Origin: Thalassavirus gary
Taxonomy: Duplodnaviria > Heunggongvirae > Uroviricota > Caudoviricetes > Demerecviridae
DNA: 46,312 nucleotides
IMG/VR virus record: IMGVR_UViG_2974784677_000001
Strand: one strand, 5' to 3'
Shown here: one piece after another, positions 34,498 to 43,574 of the stretch
Position numbering within the stretch: position 1 is the stretch's first letter
How the letters are laid out: each line of letters opens with the position of its first letter
The notes under the pieces: model-generated
The model's database searches: none
The model's input: the letters and a program-made list of their open reading frames with translations, nothing else
What the model was told of the DNA's origin: nothing
Program-made: the position numbers and the translations under genes

Positions 34498-36255
34498 ATG
34501 CGCGTAGAGAATTTACAAGCAGAAACAACAATAACTGAAAACGGGGCGAGAGTATACTCGCCTAATAATAAACCAAGCGCCTCTGATATAGGGGCACTAC
34601 CTTTGGATGGCAAACCTGCTACTTCTGGGGTCGCTGATACTTCTAAAACACTAGAAGCAGTTGATAATAGATATGTAAAGCCAAACACTACTGGCACCGC
34701 TAACCAAAAATGTATTAAGCCATTCTTTGTGGATAATTCGACTTTCCCTTCCTCTGGGAGACCTGCGGGTACATACTCAGACCTACTAGTACTAGATACT
34801 TATGGTGACGGCAGCGGTGGTAGGATAAATGCCATAGCAGCTAGTAAAGGTAATGATGCTATTTACCACGTTCAGGGTAACTATAATAGTGATTCTTGGA
34901 GTCCTGCTGCCAAAATATACACCTCTCACAATAAACCAACAGCAGCAGATGTAGGTGCTCATCCAACTTCATGGAAGCCTGTTTGGAATGATGTACAGGG
35001 TAAGCCTCAGTACGCATTGCGTTGGCCTAGTTGGAATGAGATATCAGGCAAACCTGGTAGTATGCCACCTAACTCACATACCCACCCATGGTCTCAAATT
35101 ACTGGTGAACCTGTATATACACAGCGCTGGCCAAACTGGAACGAGGTTTCTGGTAAGCCCGGTAATCTATTAACACAAACTACTGCCGATACTCGTTATA
35201 TGAGTAAAACTGCAAAACCCGACGCCAATACTCTAGACGGGCAGGATTCTAGTTTTTATCGTAAAGGTATGTTAATAACACAGAAAACTATTAACGTTGG
35301 CGGTAATGCTAATACTTATTATCCTGTGGTTATTACCGGTTCCGCGTATAATGCATGGGGTAGATATAATATTAGCCGTGGATATGGTGAGCCTGCTCCT
35401 AATAGTTGGAACAGCTCAACTCATAGAGGTGGTTTAACTTTCTCCTGGGAAGCCACAGGAGACACTGCCTGGGGAGGTAATGATAAAAATTTCAGGGTAC
35501 TAGAGTTTGAGGAAAGCTACACTACTATGGTAGCAGGTATGGCGTTATCTACTAGTGGTATGATTGTATGGTTACGTGGTGGTAATGCTAGATACCATGT
35601 TACTGGTCCAGTTGGTGTTGGGCAGGGTGTTACTGTTTATCTTGGTAACTATACTTCTTCTGATAAGAAAGTATGGGTACCGAGAACCAATGTTAATGGT
35701 AAAGGCTCAGAAATCATAGCTAGGCAATTTGTACGTGGCTCTGGTCAGCTATACGACTTAGGTAATCGCGTTTACTCAGCGAGTAATAAACCTAGCGCTG
35801 GGGATGTTGGGGCATACACCAAAGGTGAAGCTGATGGGAGATATCTAGGAAAAAATGGTTCTGCAGCATCTATTAGAAGTCACGGTAGGGTTACGGCCTT
35901 ATCAGGATCTACCGTACCACCAAGTGGGGTTAGATTAATCGAGGCGTACAGTAACGGATACCCAGATACTTATGGTAACGTATTGCAGGTAGGTGGTAGT
36001 GGTAGTGGTGAGATCTTCTTAGGGTGGTCAGGTACTTCTGGCGGACACGCCCCTATGTACATTCGCAGTAAAAGAGATGTAAGCACATCACCTTGGTCTG
36101 GGTGGGCTAGAGTATATACTACAGCACAGAAACCCACACTAGCAGAGTTAGGTGCTCAAGCTACTTTGAGCCCAGAAAATAGACGCAAGATCACTTATGG
36201 TACTGGCAACCCTAGTGGCGGTGCTAGTGGTGATATTTATATTCAATATAAATAA
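34498..36255 (+). CDS. Lateral tail fibre 2
   Basis: 585 aa; repeated Y..(N)KP.A.DVGA modules, W..V.GKP repeats, knob-like domain, C-terminal GTGNPSGGASGDIYIQY. Confidence 0.82.
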   Translation: MRVENLQAETTITENGARVYSPNNKPSASDIGALPLDGKPATSGVADTSKTLEAVDNRYVKPNTTGTANQKCIKPFFVDNSTFPSSGRPAGTYSDLLVLDTYGDGSGGRINAIAASKGNDAIYHVQGNYNSDSWSPAAKIYTSHNKPTAADVGAHPTSWKPVWNDVQGKPQYALRWPSWNEISGKPGSMPPNSHTHPWSQITGEPVYTQRWPNWNEVSGKPGNLLTQTTADTRYMSKTAKPDANTLDGQDSSFYRKGMLITQKTINVGGNANTYYPVVITGSAYNAWGRYNISRGYGEPAPNSWNSSTHRGGLTFSWEATGDTAWGGNDKNFRVLEFEESYTTMVAGMALSTSGMIVWLRGGNARYHVTGPVGVGQGVTVYLGNYTSSDKKVWVPRTNVNGKGSEIIARQFVRGSGQLYDLGNRVYSASNKPSAGDVGAYTKGEADGRYLGKNGSAASIRSHGRVTALSGSTVPPSGVRLIEAYSNGYPDTYGNVLQVGGSGSGEIFLGWSGTSGGHAPMYIRSKRDVSTSPWSGWARVYTTAQKPTLAELGAQATLSPENRRKITYGTGNPSGGASGDIYIQYK

Positions 36256-36264
36256 GGAGAATTT

Positions 36265-36801
36265 ATGAAAGTAAATATAAGCGGCTCGTGGAAGAATGGA
36301 GTTCCGTGGGTAAATATTGGAGGTACGTGGCGAAAGGGAATCGCCACGTGGGTTAACGTCAGTGGTACATGGAAGAAGATGGCATATGCGTTTACTCATA
36401 TTGTAATTAGGCAGGAGATTACCGAAAGGATCTTTGGTAGTGAATATAGATATGAGTCTGAAAACCCTAAGGAGTTTACTAAAGACCCATCTGATTATCC
36501 GCTAACAGAACTTAAATGCCACACTAATAAAAGTAAGTACTCTAGTACGCCATCAGCTGCATGGTTTATGCTTACTTTTTCTGATACGACCGAGTGTACT
36601 AGGATGCATGATTTATTTAAGGGTGGTCGCGTTAAGATTAAGGTTAACGCTGGGTTCGAACAGACGTATACTACAGCTAATGCTAACACGGTTAAAGGTA
36701 CTAACCTAATACAGTTCCAACCTAAAGATAAGTTGACAGCGTATAACCTTATAAAAAGTGCTAAAGATAATTCCATTAGCATTACAATAGATTACATATA
36801 A
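36265..36801 (+). CDS. Putative fibre-tip adhesin / fibre-associated protein (178 aa)
   Basis: Three N-terminal VN(I/V).G.W(K/R)K repeats; AAGGAG RBS; last late gene. Confidence 0.6.
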   Translation: MKVNISGSWKNGVPWVNIGGTWRKGIATWVNVSGTWKKMAYAFTHIVIRQEITERIFGSEYRYESENPKEFTKDPSDYPLTELKCHTNKSKYSSTPSAAWFMLTFSDTTECTRMHDLFKGGRVKIKVNAGFEQTYTTANANTVKGTNLIQFQPKDKLTAYNLIKSAKDNSISITIDYI

Positions 36802-36840
36802 AATAAAAGGGAAGCCAATTGGCTTCCCTTTACTATTATT
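36801..36840. terminator. Bidirectional terminator between the late and replication modules
   Basis: Perfect 26-bp palindrome aaagggaagccaattggcttcccttt at 36806-36831, between converging genes. Confidence 0.85.
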
Positions 36841-37288
36841 GACGACCAGATTCTCCGAACCCTGATTCGCCACGATTTGTTTCATCTAGTTCATCTACAA
36901 ACTCTAGGTTTTCATGAACTAGGTAGTGAGGAACGATTACCATCTGGCAAACACGTTCAAAGTCTTCTAGGAATACGTCTTCTTCACCACAGTTGCGCAT
37001 CTTAACCATGATTTCACCACGATAGTTGGAGTCAATAACACCAGTAGTATTTGCTAGTCGGATTTCGTATTTGAAACCTAGACCAGAGCGAGGCATGATA
37101 AGACCTACCCAACCTTTAGGGATTGCAATCTTAACACCTGTACCGAAGGTGATTGACTCACCGCGTAGTAATGGAGTAAACCCTTGAGCTGTCTGGATAT
37201 TCATGCGTAAGTCTAGGCCTGCGTCCCCGTCTTTCATACATTGTGGTTCAGCTTCTTCATTTAATAGTACAATACGGATTTTTTCCAT
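36836..37288 (-). CDS. dut: dUTPase (trimeric type)
   Basis: GDAGLDL, RSGLG, GVIDSNYRGE, RGESGFGESG; start moved to ATG 37288 (TAATG overlap with D15). Confidence 0.95.
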   Translation of the reverse strand: MEKIRIVLLNEEAEPQCMKDGDAGLDLRMNIQTAQGFTPLLRGESITFGTGVKIAIPKGWVGLIMPRSGLGFKYEIRLANTTGVIDSNYRGEIMVKMRNCGEEDVFLEDFERVCQMVIVPHYLVHENLEFVDELDETNRGESGFGESGRQ

Positions 37289-38157
37289 TATAGTTCTCCT
37301 CGTAGTTCTTTGCAAATTCGTTCTAGCCAAAGTAGGTTCTCTGGACTTGGGAAGGCAATTGCCTCCTTGTGGAAAGATCGTAAGTCAACCAATTGTGTGT
37401 TTAGGATCAACTTTTCTTCAGATTTATTTAATTCGATGATGTACTTCTGCTTACCTTCAATCGGAAGTTGTGTAGCAAGATCTAGTGCATCACCATACTG
37501 ACGAACTAAGTTATAAGCTCGTTTAGCACCGATACCGCCAACACCGTACACAGAGTCACCTGGGTCGCCCATGATAGCTTTAATTGATGTATATTGTTCT
37601 GGGTCATCGCACTGATGATGTTCGTAGAAGTTCTCAATGGTGTACTCTTTACGAGTAGTGTATGAGAATCTACTAACTGTATCACCTAGAAGCTCATCCC
37701 AGTCTCGGTCAGTGGAAATCATCCAGATATGATCGAATACTTCGCCATCTTCAAATGCTTCTACTAGGTAAGCAGCATTATCATCAGCCTCCACACCTTC
37801 CATCTTGACTACATGGAAGTTACATTCACAAAGCTCTACAGCCTTGTTGAAGTCTTCGAAGAACATTTCAGCCGCTAGCTTTTCTTCATCAGTTTGGTCT
37901 GCAAACTTGGCTTTACGGTCGAATTTGTACTTAGGATGAATGTCTTTACGATACCAAGAACCTTTGTAATCTACGAGGACTACAATCTCTCTAGCATGAT
38001 AAGACTTAGCGAGAGAATTAATTGTTTTAACATAGTCAGCAGCGAAGTCGCTAGTACCACGATGTTTGTAGCGGAAAGCCAAGTTAAGACCATCCACGAT
38101 AAGCAAGTTGTTCTTAGGAATCAATGCTTGCTCTGTTGCCATATCCCACATATTCAT
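37288..38157 (-). CDS. D15: Flap endonuclease / 5'-3' exonuclease
   Basis: IVDGLNLAFRY, EADD, STDRDWDEL, GDPGDSVYGVGGIGAKRA. Confidence 0.95.
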   Translation of the reverse strand: MNMWDMATEQALIPKNNLLIVDGLNLAFRYKHRGTSDFAADYVKTINSLAKSYHAREIVVLVDYKGSWYRKDIHPKYKFDRKAKFADQTDEEKLAAEMFFEDFNKAVELCECNFHVVKMEGVEADDNAAYLVEAFEDGEVFDHIWMISTDRDWDELLGDTVSRFSYTTRKEYTIENFYEHHQCDDPEQYTSIKAIMGDPGDSVYGVGGIGAKRAYNLVRQYGDALDLATQLPIEGKQKYIIELNKSEEKLILNTQLVDLRSFHKEAIAFPSPENLLWLERICKELRGEL

Positions 38158-38642
38158 CGTACTAAATCCTCCGTTGAGACTAGTGATAAGAATTGCTTAA
38201 AGTTGATTAAGTATAGTGATCTATCCCCTTTAGCATACTTTATTGTCGGATTTGCGCTTGCTAGCTTACCCGAGATTTCGTTGTAATCGGCTTCGTCAAT
38301 GCAGACAATCCAATCACCCCTATCTTTCTTGAATACCAGCATAGGCTTAGCATTCATTTGACCTGCTTCACGATAAGTTTGGTCTAGCCACTTATCTAAC
38401 TGTGTTGGTGTGGTCTTCATAATGTTTGAGTTTAAGTGTTCGTCTTTATACCACTTAACCTCGATTGCAAACTTAGACATACGCCCTGTTGCATGGGGTA
38501 GATAGATGTCACCCTTCAGTCCGTGGGAAGCACCAAAGCCTCCCGAACCTGGGACACGTTCCCACTCCATTTCTGTCTTTTCTCTAAGTAAGTCGCGGAT
38601 TTGATATTCTCCGCGCTTACCTTTATCTCTTGAATCAGCCAT
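38154..38642 (-). CDS. D14: D14 endonuclease (PD-(D/E)xK, resolvase-like)
   Basis: DSRDKGKRGE, GDI, IEVK motifs; synteny. Confidence 0.88.
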   Translation of the reverse strand: MADSRDKGKRGEYQIRDLLREKTEMEWERVPGSGGFGASHGLKGDIYLPHATGRMSKFAIEVKWYKDEHLNSNIMKTTPTQLDKWLDQTYREAGQMNAKPMLVFKKDRGDWIVCIDEADYNEISGKLASANPTIKYAKGDRSLYLINFKQFLSLVSTEDLVR

Positions 38643-40509
38643 TTACTACTGTACTTACCTTATTTCGTTTTTCTAGACGAATATCTTTTGTTAGTGGGTG
38701 GTTATACCCATGACTAACAAGGAATGTATTCAAATGCGTTTCCTCTAATAGAAGTTCAACTAACAAGTCTCGGCTATCATCGTCAAGCACCGAAATAACT
38801 TCATCTAAGAATAGAAGATTAATATTTACATCGCTAACAGCACTCATTAAGTTTCTTATTGCTAGCAATGTTGACACATTTACTTTACTTTGCTCACCAC
38901 TAGATAGTGATTCCATACCTACCTGAATGCCATCATCATAGATAACAACCTTCAATTTAGTAGAGTCTAGTTCAAAACCTAGCGCAAACTGACCTGATGT
39001 GAATTTTGAAAGATATTTATTAATTAATTCTTCAAAAACTTTAACGCTACTTTCGATTTTATAACTAATAAGCCCCTTAGAACCGAACGCTTTACATAGA
39101 AGGTCTAAATCGTCAACTTCAAGCTGCGCTTCTTGTAGTTCAACTTGATACTTATCTAATTCAACACGATACTCCGTAGAGGTTTTAAGAATCTCTTCAC
39201 GTTTTGCATTATTTACTAAGGCATCTGTATTATGTCGATTTGCATTTTCGATGTCGGTTTTGAGCTTGTTGATTTTATTTTGAATTTCTTTTATATCATC
39301 GCGAAGAATTTTAGTGTCGGTTTTGGGCTTAGTGTCAAAATCAGGTTGTTCTGGCACTTGGAATGTTTCGTAAGCTGTAGTAGCGTTTTCCATCTTACGT
39401 TGCCAATCTAAATATTCTCTATGCTCCGACTGTTTATCTTGTAGCTTTCCTAGCTTTTCTTGGAGTTCATCACGGATAGGCTTGATAGCCATGAAACGCT
39501 CTTTAGCAGCATCACGAGCTTCTGCTTTCTGAGTTACATCTAGATGAGAACCACAAGTATGGCATTTAGTTACGCTTGCTTCATCACGGAACTTCTGGTA
39601 CGTACTCTTTTCCGCTGCCATTTCCGCTTGCTTAGTCGCTAGGTCACGCGTAACACTTTGAATTTCTGAAGAAAAGTCCTCTGCTGGCGCAGGTGAATTT
39701 TCTTGAAGCTGTAACACTTTCTCGTGCAGTTCTTCTTTTCTTAGCTTTTTAGCTTCAAAGTCCTGCACAAGCTTTTCATTAGACTCTACTTGTTTATTAT
39801 GTAACTCAGCGGTACGTAAATCTACGTTTTTCTCGCTTAGACTCTTCTCTAAGCCAGAGTCGTTTTCTGGAACGTCTACTAGCGATAACTCGTCTGGTAT
39901 GGTTGAGTTTCTTTTTAGCCATTTTTCGATTGTCTCCGTTTTAGCTTTAACGGTATTAAGAATAGAAGTGGCGTCCTTTCTAGCCTCTTTCAAAGCTGCT
40001 TCGATTTCACTGTAGCCTTCCAAGCCTAGAAGTGAAACTAAGAATTTTTTACGGTTAGCATCTGTGGACGTTAGGAAGTCCATAGAAGAACTCATTGATT
40101 GATATACTAGCTTAGAGAATGTTTTGAACTCGGTATCACCAAGAATCTCTTTAATTAGCTTGTATGTCTGTGTAGCTGTATGACCACTAATGTCTTCGCT
40201 ATTTTTATATAGCTTAACTTTTGCTGCTGACTTAACTTCTTTATGAACTATGTATTCATCCGTACCTACAAAGAAGGTAACTTCGCCCCACCAACCTTTT
40301 ACATCAGTGTAGCGGTTAGGCATTGCCTGTTTCTTCAACCCTCTAGAGTTATTATTATATAGGATTTCTTCGATGATGGTTGGTAAGGACGACTTACCAG
40401 AGCCGTTCTTACCAATCAATTGATACACAGTATGTTCATCAAGAATGAAATCAAAGTCACCATAGGCAAGGGCATTGCTACCACGTACTCTATGTAATTT
40501 AATCTGCAT
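38635..40509 (-). CDS. D13: SbcC/Rad50-like recombination ATPase
   Basis: GKNGSGKS, CHTC zinc hook, LSSGE, LFLDE, VSH. Confidence 0.95.
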   Translation of the reverse strand: MQIKLHRVRGSNALAYGDFDFILDEHTVYQLIGKNGSGKSSLPTIIEEILYNNNSRGLKKQAMPNRYTDVKGWWGEVTFFVGTDEYIVHKEVKSAAKVKLYKNSEDISGHTATQTYKLIKEILGDTEFKTFSKLVYQSMSSSMDFLTSTDANRKKFLVSLLGLEGYSEIEAALKEARKDATSILNTVKAKTETIEKWLKRNSTIPDELSLVDVPENDSGLEKSLSEKNVDLRTAELHNKQVESNEKLVQDFEAKKLRKEELHEKVLQLQENSPAPAEDFSSEIQSVTRDLATKQAEMAAEKSTYQKFRDEASVTKCHTCGSHLDVTQKAEARDAAKERFMAIKPIRDELQEKLGKLQDKQSEHREYLDWQRKMENATTAYETFQVPEQPDFDTKPKTDTKILRDDIKEIQNKINKLKTDIENANRHNTDALVNNAKREEILKTSTEYRVELDKYQVELQEAQLEVDDLDLLCKAFGSKGLISYKIESSVKVFEELINKYLSKFTSGQFALGFELDSTKLKVVIYDDGIQVGMESLSSGEQSKVNVSTLLAIRNLMSAVSDVNINLLFLDEVISVLDDDSRDLLVELLLEETHLNTFLVSHGYNHPLTKDIRLEKRNKVSTVVNG

Positions 40510-41482
40510 TAGGAACTACCTGCTTGTATTTACCAACAAGTCTATTCACGGTATCTTTCGGTAGAGCTTCTACTTCCGTTAAGTAGATAGCTAATTCCTC
40601 ATCTGTACCTGACTTGTTTGTTAAATCTAACGCTGCTGGCTTACCAACGTTTTTGTTTACTTTCTTATCTAATAAATCAGAATCTTGAATTGACTTGAGT
40701 TCTGAAATATCACCTTCAACTTCGTAGATTACTCTATCGTATTCGTCCTTAATCATTGGCTCGCCAACTTGGATAGTCTTGCGAATTAATTGAGGAAGCT
40801 CTTTTAAATCGTGCCATACGTAGTTGAGTGTCTCAGTATTGATAACTATACATCCATTAGTTTTTCTAGTACGTTCTCTATGGAACGTTGTAGTAAGCGG
40901 ACTGCCTGGGTAAATGATTGTAGTACCGTTATCAGTTGTCTGAGTGTTTTGGTAAGAATGTAAGTCACCCGCAAGAACTAAGTCGTAAGTATCAAACTTA
41001 GCAAGGTCAATCTCAGGTGTTACGTGAGGAGGAATCTCGCCTCGAACATGCGTTAAGCAAATTCTAGATTGCTGCTCTGCCCACGATTTCTTGTGAAGTT
41101 CTTTATAATCAACAATATCGAAATCTTGACTTCTATAAACTCCAATGACAACTTCCACTAGTGGATTGCATCGAGTAGTTTCTTCTGCAAGGTTGTCTAG
41201 GACAGATTTAGTTTTTGACTTCATTTCGTGATTGCCAGTGTAAATCAAGGTCTTATGATTCAACTTAGAAATCAAATCGAAGTAAAGCTCAATTTCTTCG
41301 GGGGTAGGATCAAATCTATCAAAAATATCGCCACCGATAACATGAACATCACACTCACTAGCTTCAAAGCGTTTATTAAGCTTATCAACTAACATGTGAA
41401 AGCGGTTGATCTGCCATAAAGCAGGGACATGCTTCTGCCCCAACTTAATGTGCCAATCAGCCGAAAATAAAAGTCTAGCCAT
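40499..41482 (-). CDS. D12: SbcD/Mre11-like nuclease
   Basis: SADWH, GGDIFD, GNHE, GDLHS, YPGSP. Confidence 0.95.
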   Translation of the reverse strand: MARLLFSADWHIKLGQKHVPALWQINRFHMLVDKLNKRFEASECDVHVIGGDIFDRFDPTPEEIELYFDLISKLNHKTLIYTGNHEMKSKTKSVLDNLAEETTRCNPLVEVVIGVYRSQDFDIVDYKELHKKSWAEQQSRICLTHVRGEIPPHVTPEIDLAKFDTYDLVLAGDLHSYQNTQTTDNGTTIIYPGSPLTTTFHRERTRKTNGCIVINTETLNYVWHDLKELPQLIRKTIQVGEPMIKDEYDRVIYEVEGDISELKSIQDSDLLDKKVNKNVGKPAALDLTNKSGTDEELAIYLTEVEALPKDTVNRLVGKYKQVVPNAD

Positions 41483-41859
41483 TAATCGTCTATTGGATAC
41501 TTGACTGTAGTTGCTACTTGATCAGCAAGCTCCTTCACCAAGCCTTTTTCTTGGAACTCTTTGCTTAGAGTTTCAATGTCAATTTCGTCAGGGTTATAAG
41601 GTTCATTGTATGGTAGAAATACCTCCTGAGCCAAGTCCCATTGTTTTTGCCAATGTTCACAGTTGTTCATGAAGTATTGGTCGATTTCGGTAAGATAGTC
41701 GTTTACACGCTCACGGATAATTGCTATCTCGCGTCTAACTTCTTCAACTTCTTTCCATGTCTTATTTTCTACAGGGTTATCTAGGAAACCACCTGCTGCC
41801 TGTACAAGAGCACCTGTTAACGAGCGTTTATCAAAAATGATTTTACGTAGTTCTGTCAT
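41482..41859 (-). CDS. Hypothetical protein (125 aa) between D11 and D12
   Basis: ATG 41859 behind GGAG; TAATG-coupled to D12. Confidence 0.75.
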   Translation of the reverse strand: MTELRKIIFDKRSLTGALVQAAGGFLDNPVENKTWKEVEEVRREIAIIRERVNDYLTEIDQYFMNNCEHWQKQWDLAQEVFLPYNEPYNPDEIDIETLSKEFQEKGLVKELADQVATTVKYPIDD

Positions 41860-41869
41860 TATATTCTCC

Positions 41870-41897
41870 AAATAAAAGGGGAAGCAGAAGCTCCCCC
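41870..41897 (-). terminator. Terminator after D11
   Basis: Minus strand ggggagc-ttct-gcttcccc followed by ttttattt. Confidence 0.7.
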
Positions 41898-41905
41898 AAT
41901 TTTGA

Positions 41906-42715
41906 TTAGTCTAGTTCATCCATTGCTTCTTGAGCAGCATCGCTAGGAGTAGACTCACCAGCTTCATCTTCATCACCATGCAGGAACTTGTGAACTTCTT
42001 CTTTTTGTTCCGCGTAAGTAGGGCGTGGGAATACTTCTTGGATTGCTTTCTTATCTTTCAAGATTTCAGCATCAGCTTCGAAGCGTTCCATCATTGCTTT
42101 GAAAGAGTCTTCGTCAAGTACGTTTTCCATTGTTTCAACAATGTCAACTTTGTACTTAGTGCCTAGACCCGCACCAGACTTAACAAGGACAATATCAATG
42201 TCACTTGGGCTATTAACAGCATAGTCAGGGTCTGCAAAACGACGACGTTGTTTAGGGTCACTTAGTTTAGCCATAAGCTCACCAACACCAGCCAGAGTAT
42301 CACCTTTAAGGGTTGCATACTCATATTCACCAGAATCACGGTTCATGATAGGGAATAGGTATTGACGTTGAGATTTAAGTGGAACTGGTTGACCTTTCTT
42401 ATCGAACTCAGGATTACCCTGCCAGTCAGTGTTTTGGATACCAAGTTCTTTGATTGGGTCTGGAGCACCATTAATGAATTTTTCTACACCTGGGGTCGCA
42501 TCGAAAGATAGGCAATCGAATGGAGCAGATAGTTTACGTGGTTTACCTTCGTCGTCAGTTTTCACTGTTGATAGCCAGTACACGAAACGTGGTAGAATGT
42601 CACCAACGATACGGAATTTGTTAGCGCCAGCTTTGTACTTAGTGTATTTTTTCTCACCGCCGTTGTCGCCCGCTGTTACAGTACCCCAGTTAGATGCAGT
42701 AGTAGTCATAGTCAT
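41906..42715 (-). CDS. D11: D11 single-stranded DNA-binding protein
   Basis: NKFRIVGDILPRFVYW, PFDCLSFD, acidic C-terminal tail; synteny. Confidence 0.85.
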   Translation of the reverse strand: MTMTTTASNWGTVTAGDNGGEKKYTKYKAGANKFRIVGDILPRFVYWLSTVKTDDEGKPRKLSAPFDCLSFDATPGVEKFINGAPDPIKELGIQNTDWQGNPEFDKKGQPVPLKSQRQYLFPIMNRDSGEYEYATLKGDTLAGVGELMAKLSDPKQRRRFADPDYAVNSPSDIDIVLVKSGAGLGTKYKVDIVETMENVLDEDSFKAMMERFEADAEILKDKKAIQEVFPRPTYAEQKEEVHKFLHGDEDEAGESTPSDAAQEAMDELD

Positions 42716-43074
42716 AGATTATTTTCCTCGTATTTGAATAAGATTTTTGATTTGTTAATTGCTATTAGTGGGTTTTCATCGACAACCTGCCGAGGGATGT
42801 AGTTGGGAAAGTATTCCATATCTAGATTAACCTCGCGGTATTGCTGATAGTTAGCGTAGTTGCGTAAAGCACATAAACCTAGATACTCTGCCAACTTATG
42901 TTGCGGCAATCTCATAGGATTATTAACTACGATTTCAGGGTTGAGTATGAAGTTCGTACCTTTAAGGAAGCGAAAGTCAACTCTATTTAGGTAAAGATAC
43001 TTAAAATATCTAAGCATCAATCTAGGCTGCCCACCTGAGAGCAACCAGATTTTGTTAAAGTCGTAAAGAACCAT
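42712..43074 (-). CDS. Conserved T5-like hypothetical protein (120 aa)
   Basis: LYDFNKIWLLSGG...AEYLGLCALRNY pattern; D10-D11 position; own promoter. Confidence 0.75.
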   Translation of the reverse strand: MVLYDFNKIWLLSGGQPRLMLRYFKYLYLNRVDFRFLKGTNFILNPEIVVNNPMRLPQHKLAEYLGLCALRNYANYQQYREVNLDMEYFPNYIPRQVVDENPLIAINKSKILFKYEENNL

Positions 43075-43093
43075 TTCTCAACTTTATGCGATT

Positions 43094-43122
43094 ATTATAC
43101 AGAAAATTTAGTAATTGAGCAA
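43094..43122 (-). promoter_or_regulatory. T5-type early promoter
   Basis: TTGCTC-17 bp-TATAAT on the minus strand. Confidence 0.75.
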
Positions 43123-43131
43123 TTCAATTTT

Positions 43132-43542
43132 TTAACTTTCTGGGATGAACCATTTACCTTGTGGGCAGTCGGTTTTGTGCTTGATTGCAAAAACAACCGG
43201 TACTTCTAAATTAGGTTGAAGTGAAATCCAGTATACTTCGTAACCTTCAGGCAATTCTATTTCGTCACCGAAGATAACTTCCACGTCGCGTAGTGTAAAA
43301 CCAGATTCTCTTGGTAGCTCACTTTCATTTAGCCAAGGAGTATCATCCATACCTCCGCCATTGCCAATGCCAATGTTTTCGTTAGTTACCGCACCTTCAT
43401 TGTAATAACACATATCGAAGTCACGATAGAGTCTTAGACCGTTACCAACTTCTTCAATATGCACTTGATTGACATAGAAGCCAACGGATTTTACATTAGC
43501 TGGTAGGTTGCCGTCTAGATTAAAATGTTCCACTTTATTCAT
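43132..43542 (-). CDS. Hypothetical acidic protein (136 aa)
   Basis: ATG ORF with AGAGAG RBS; candidate promoter TTGCTA-18-TATAAT at 43574-43603. Confidence 0.75.
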   Translation of the reverse strand: MNKVEHFNLDGNLPANVKSVGFYVNQVHIEEVGNGLRLYRDFDMCYYNEGAVTNENIGIGNGGGMDDTPWLNESELPRESGFTLRDVEVIFGDEIELPEGYEVYWISLQPNLEVPVVFAIKHKTDCPQGKWFIPES

Positions 43543-43574
43543 AATTATCTTCTCTCTTTCAGAATATGCATATA

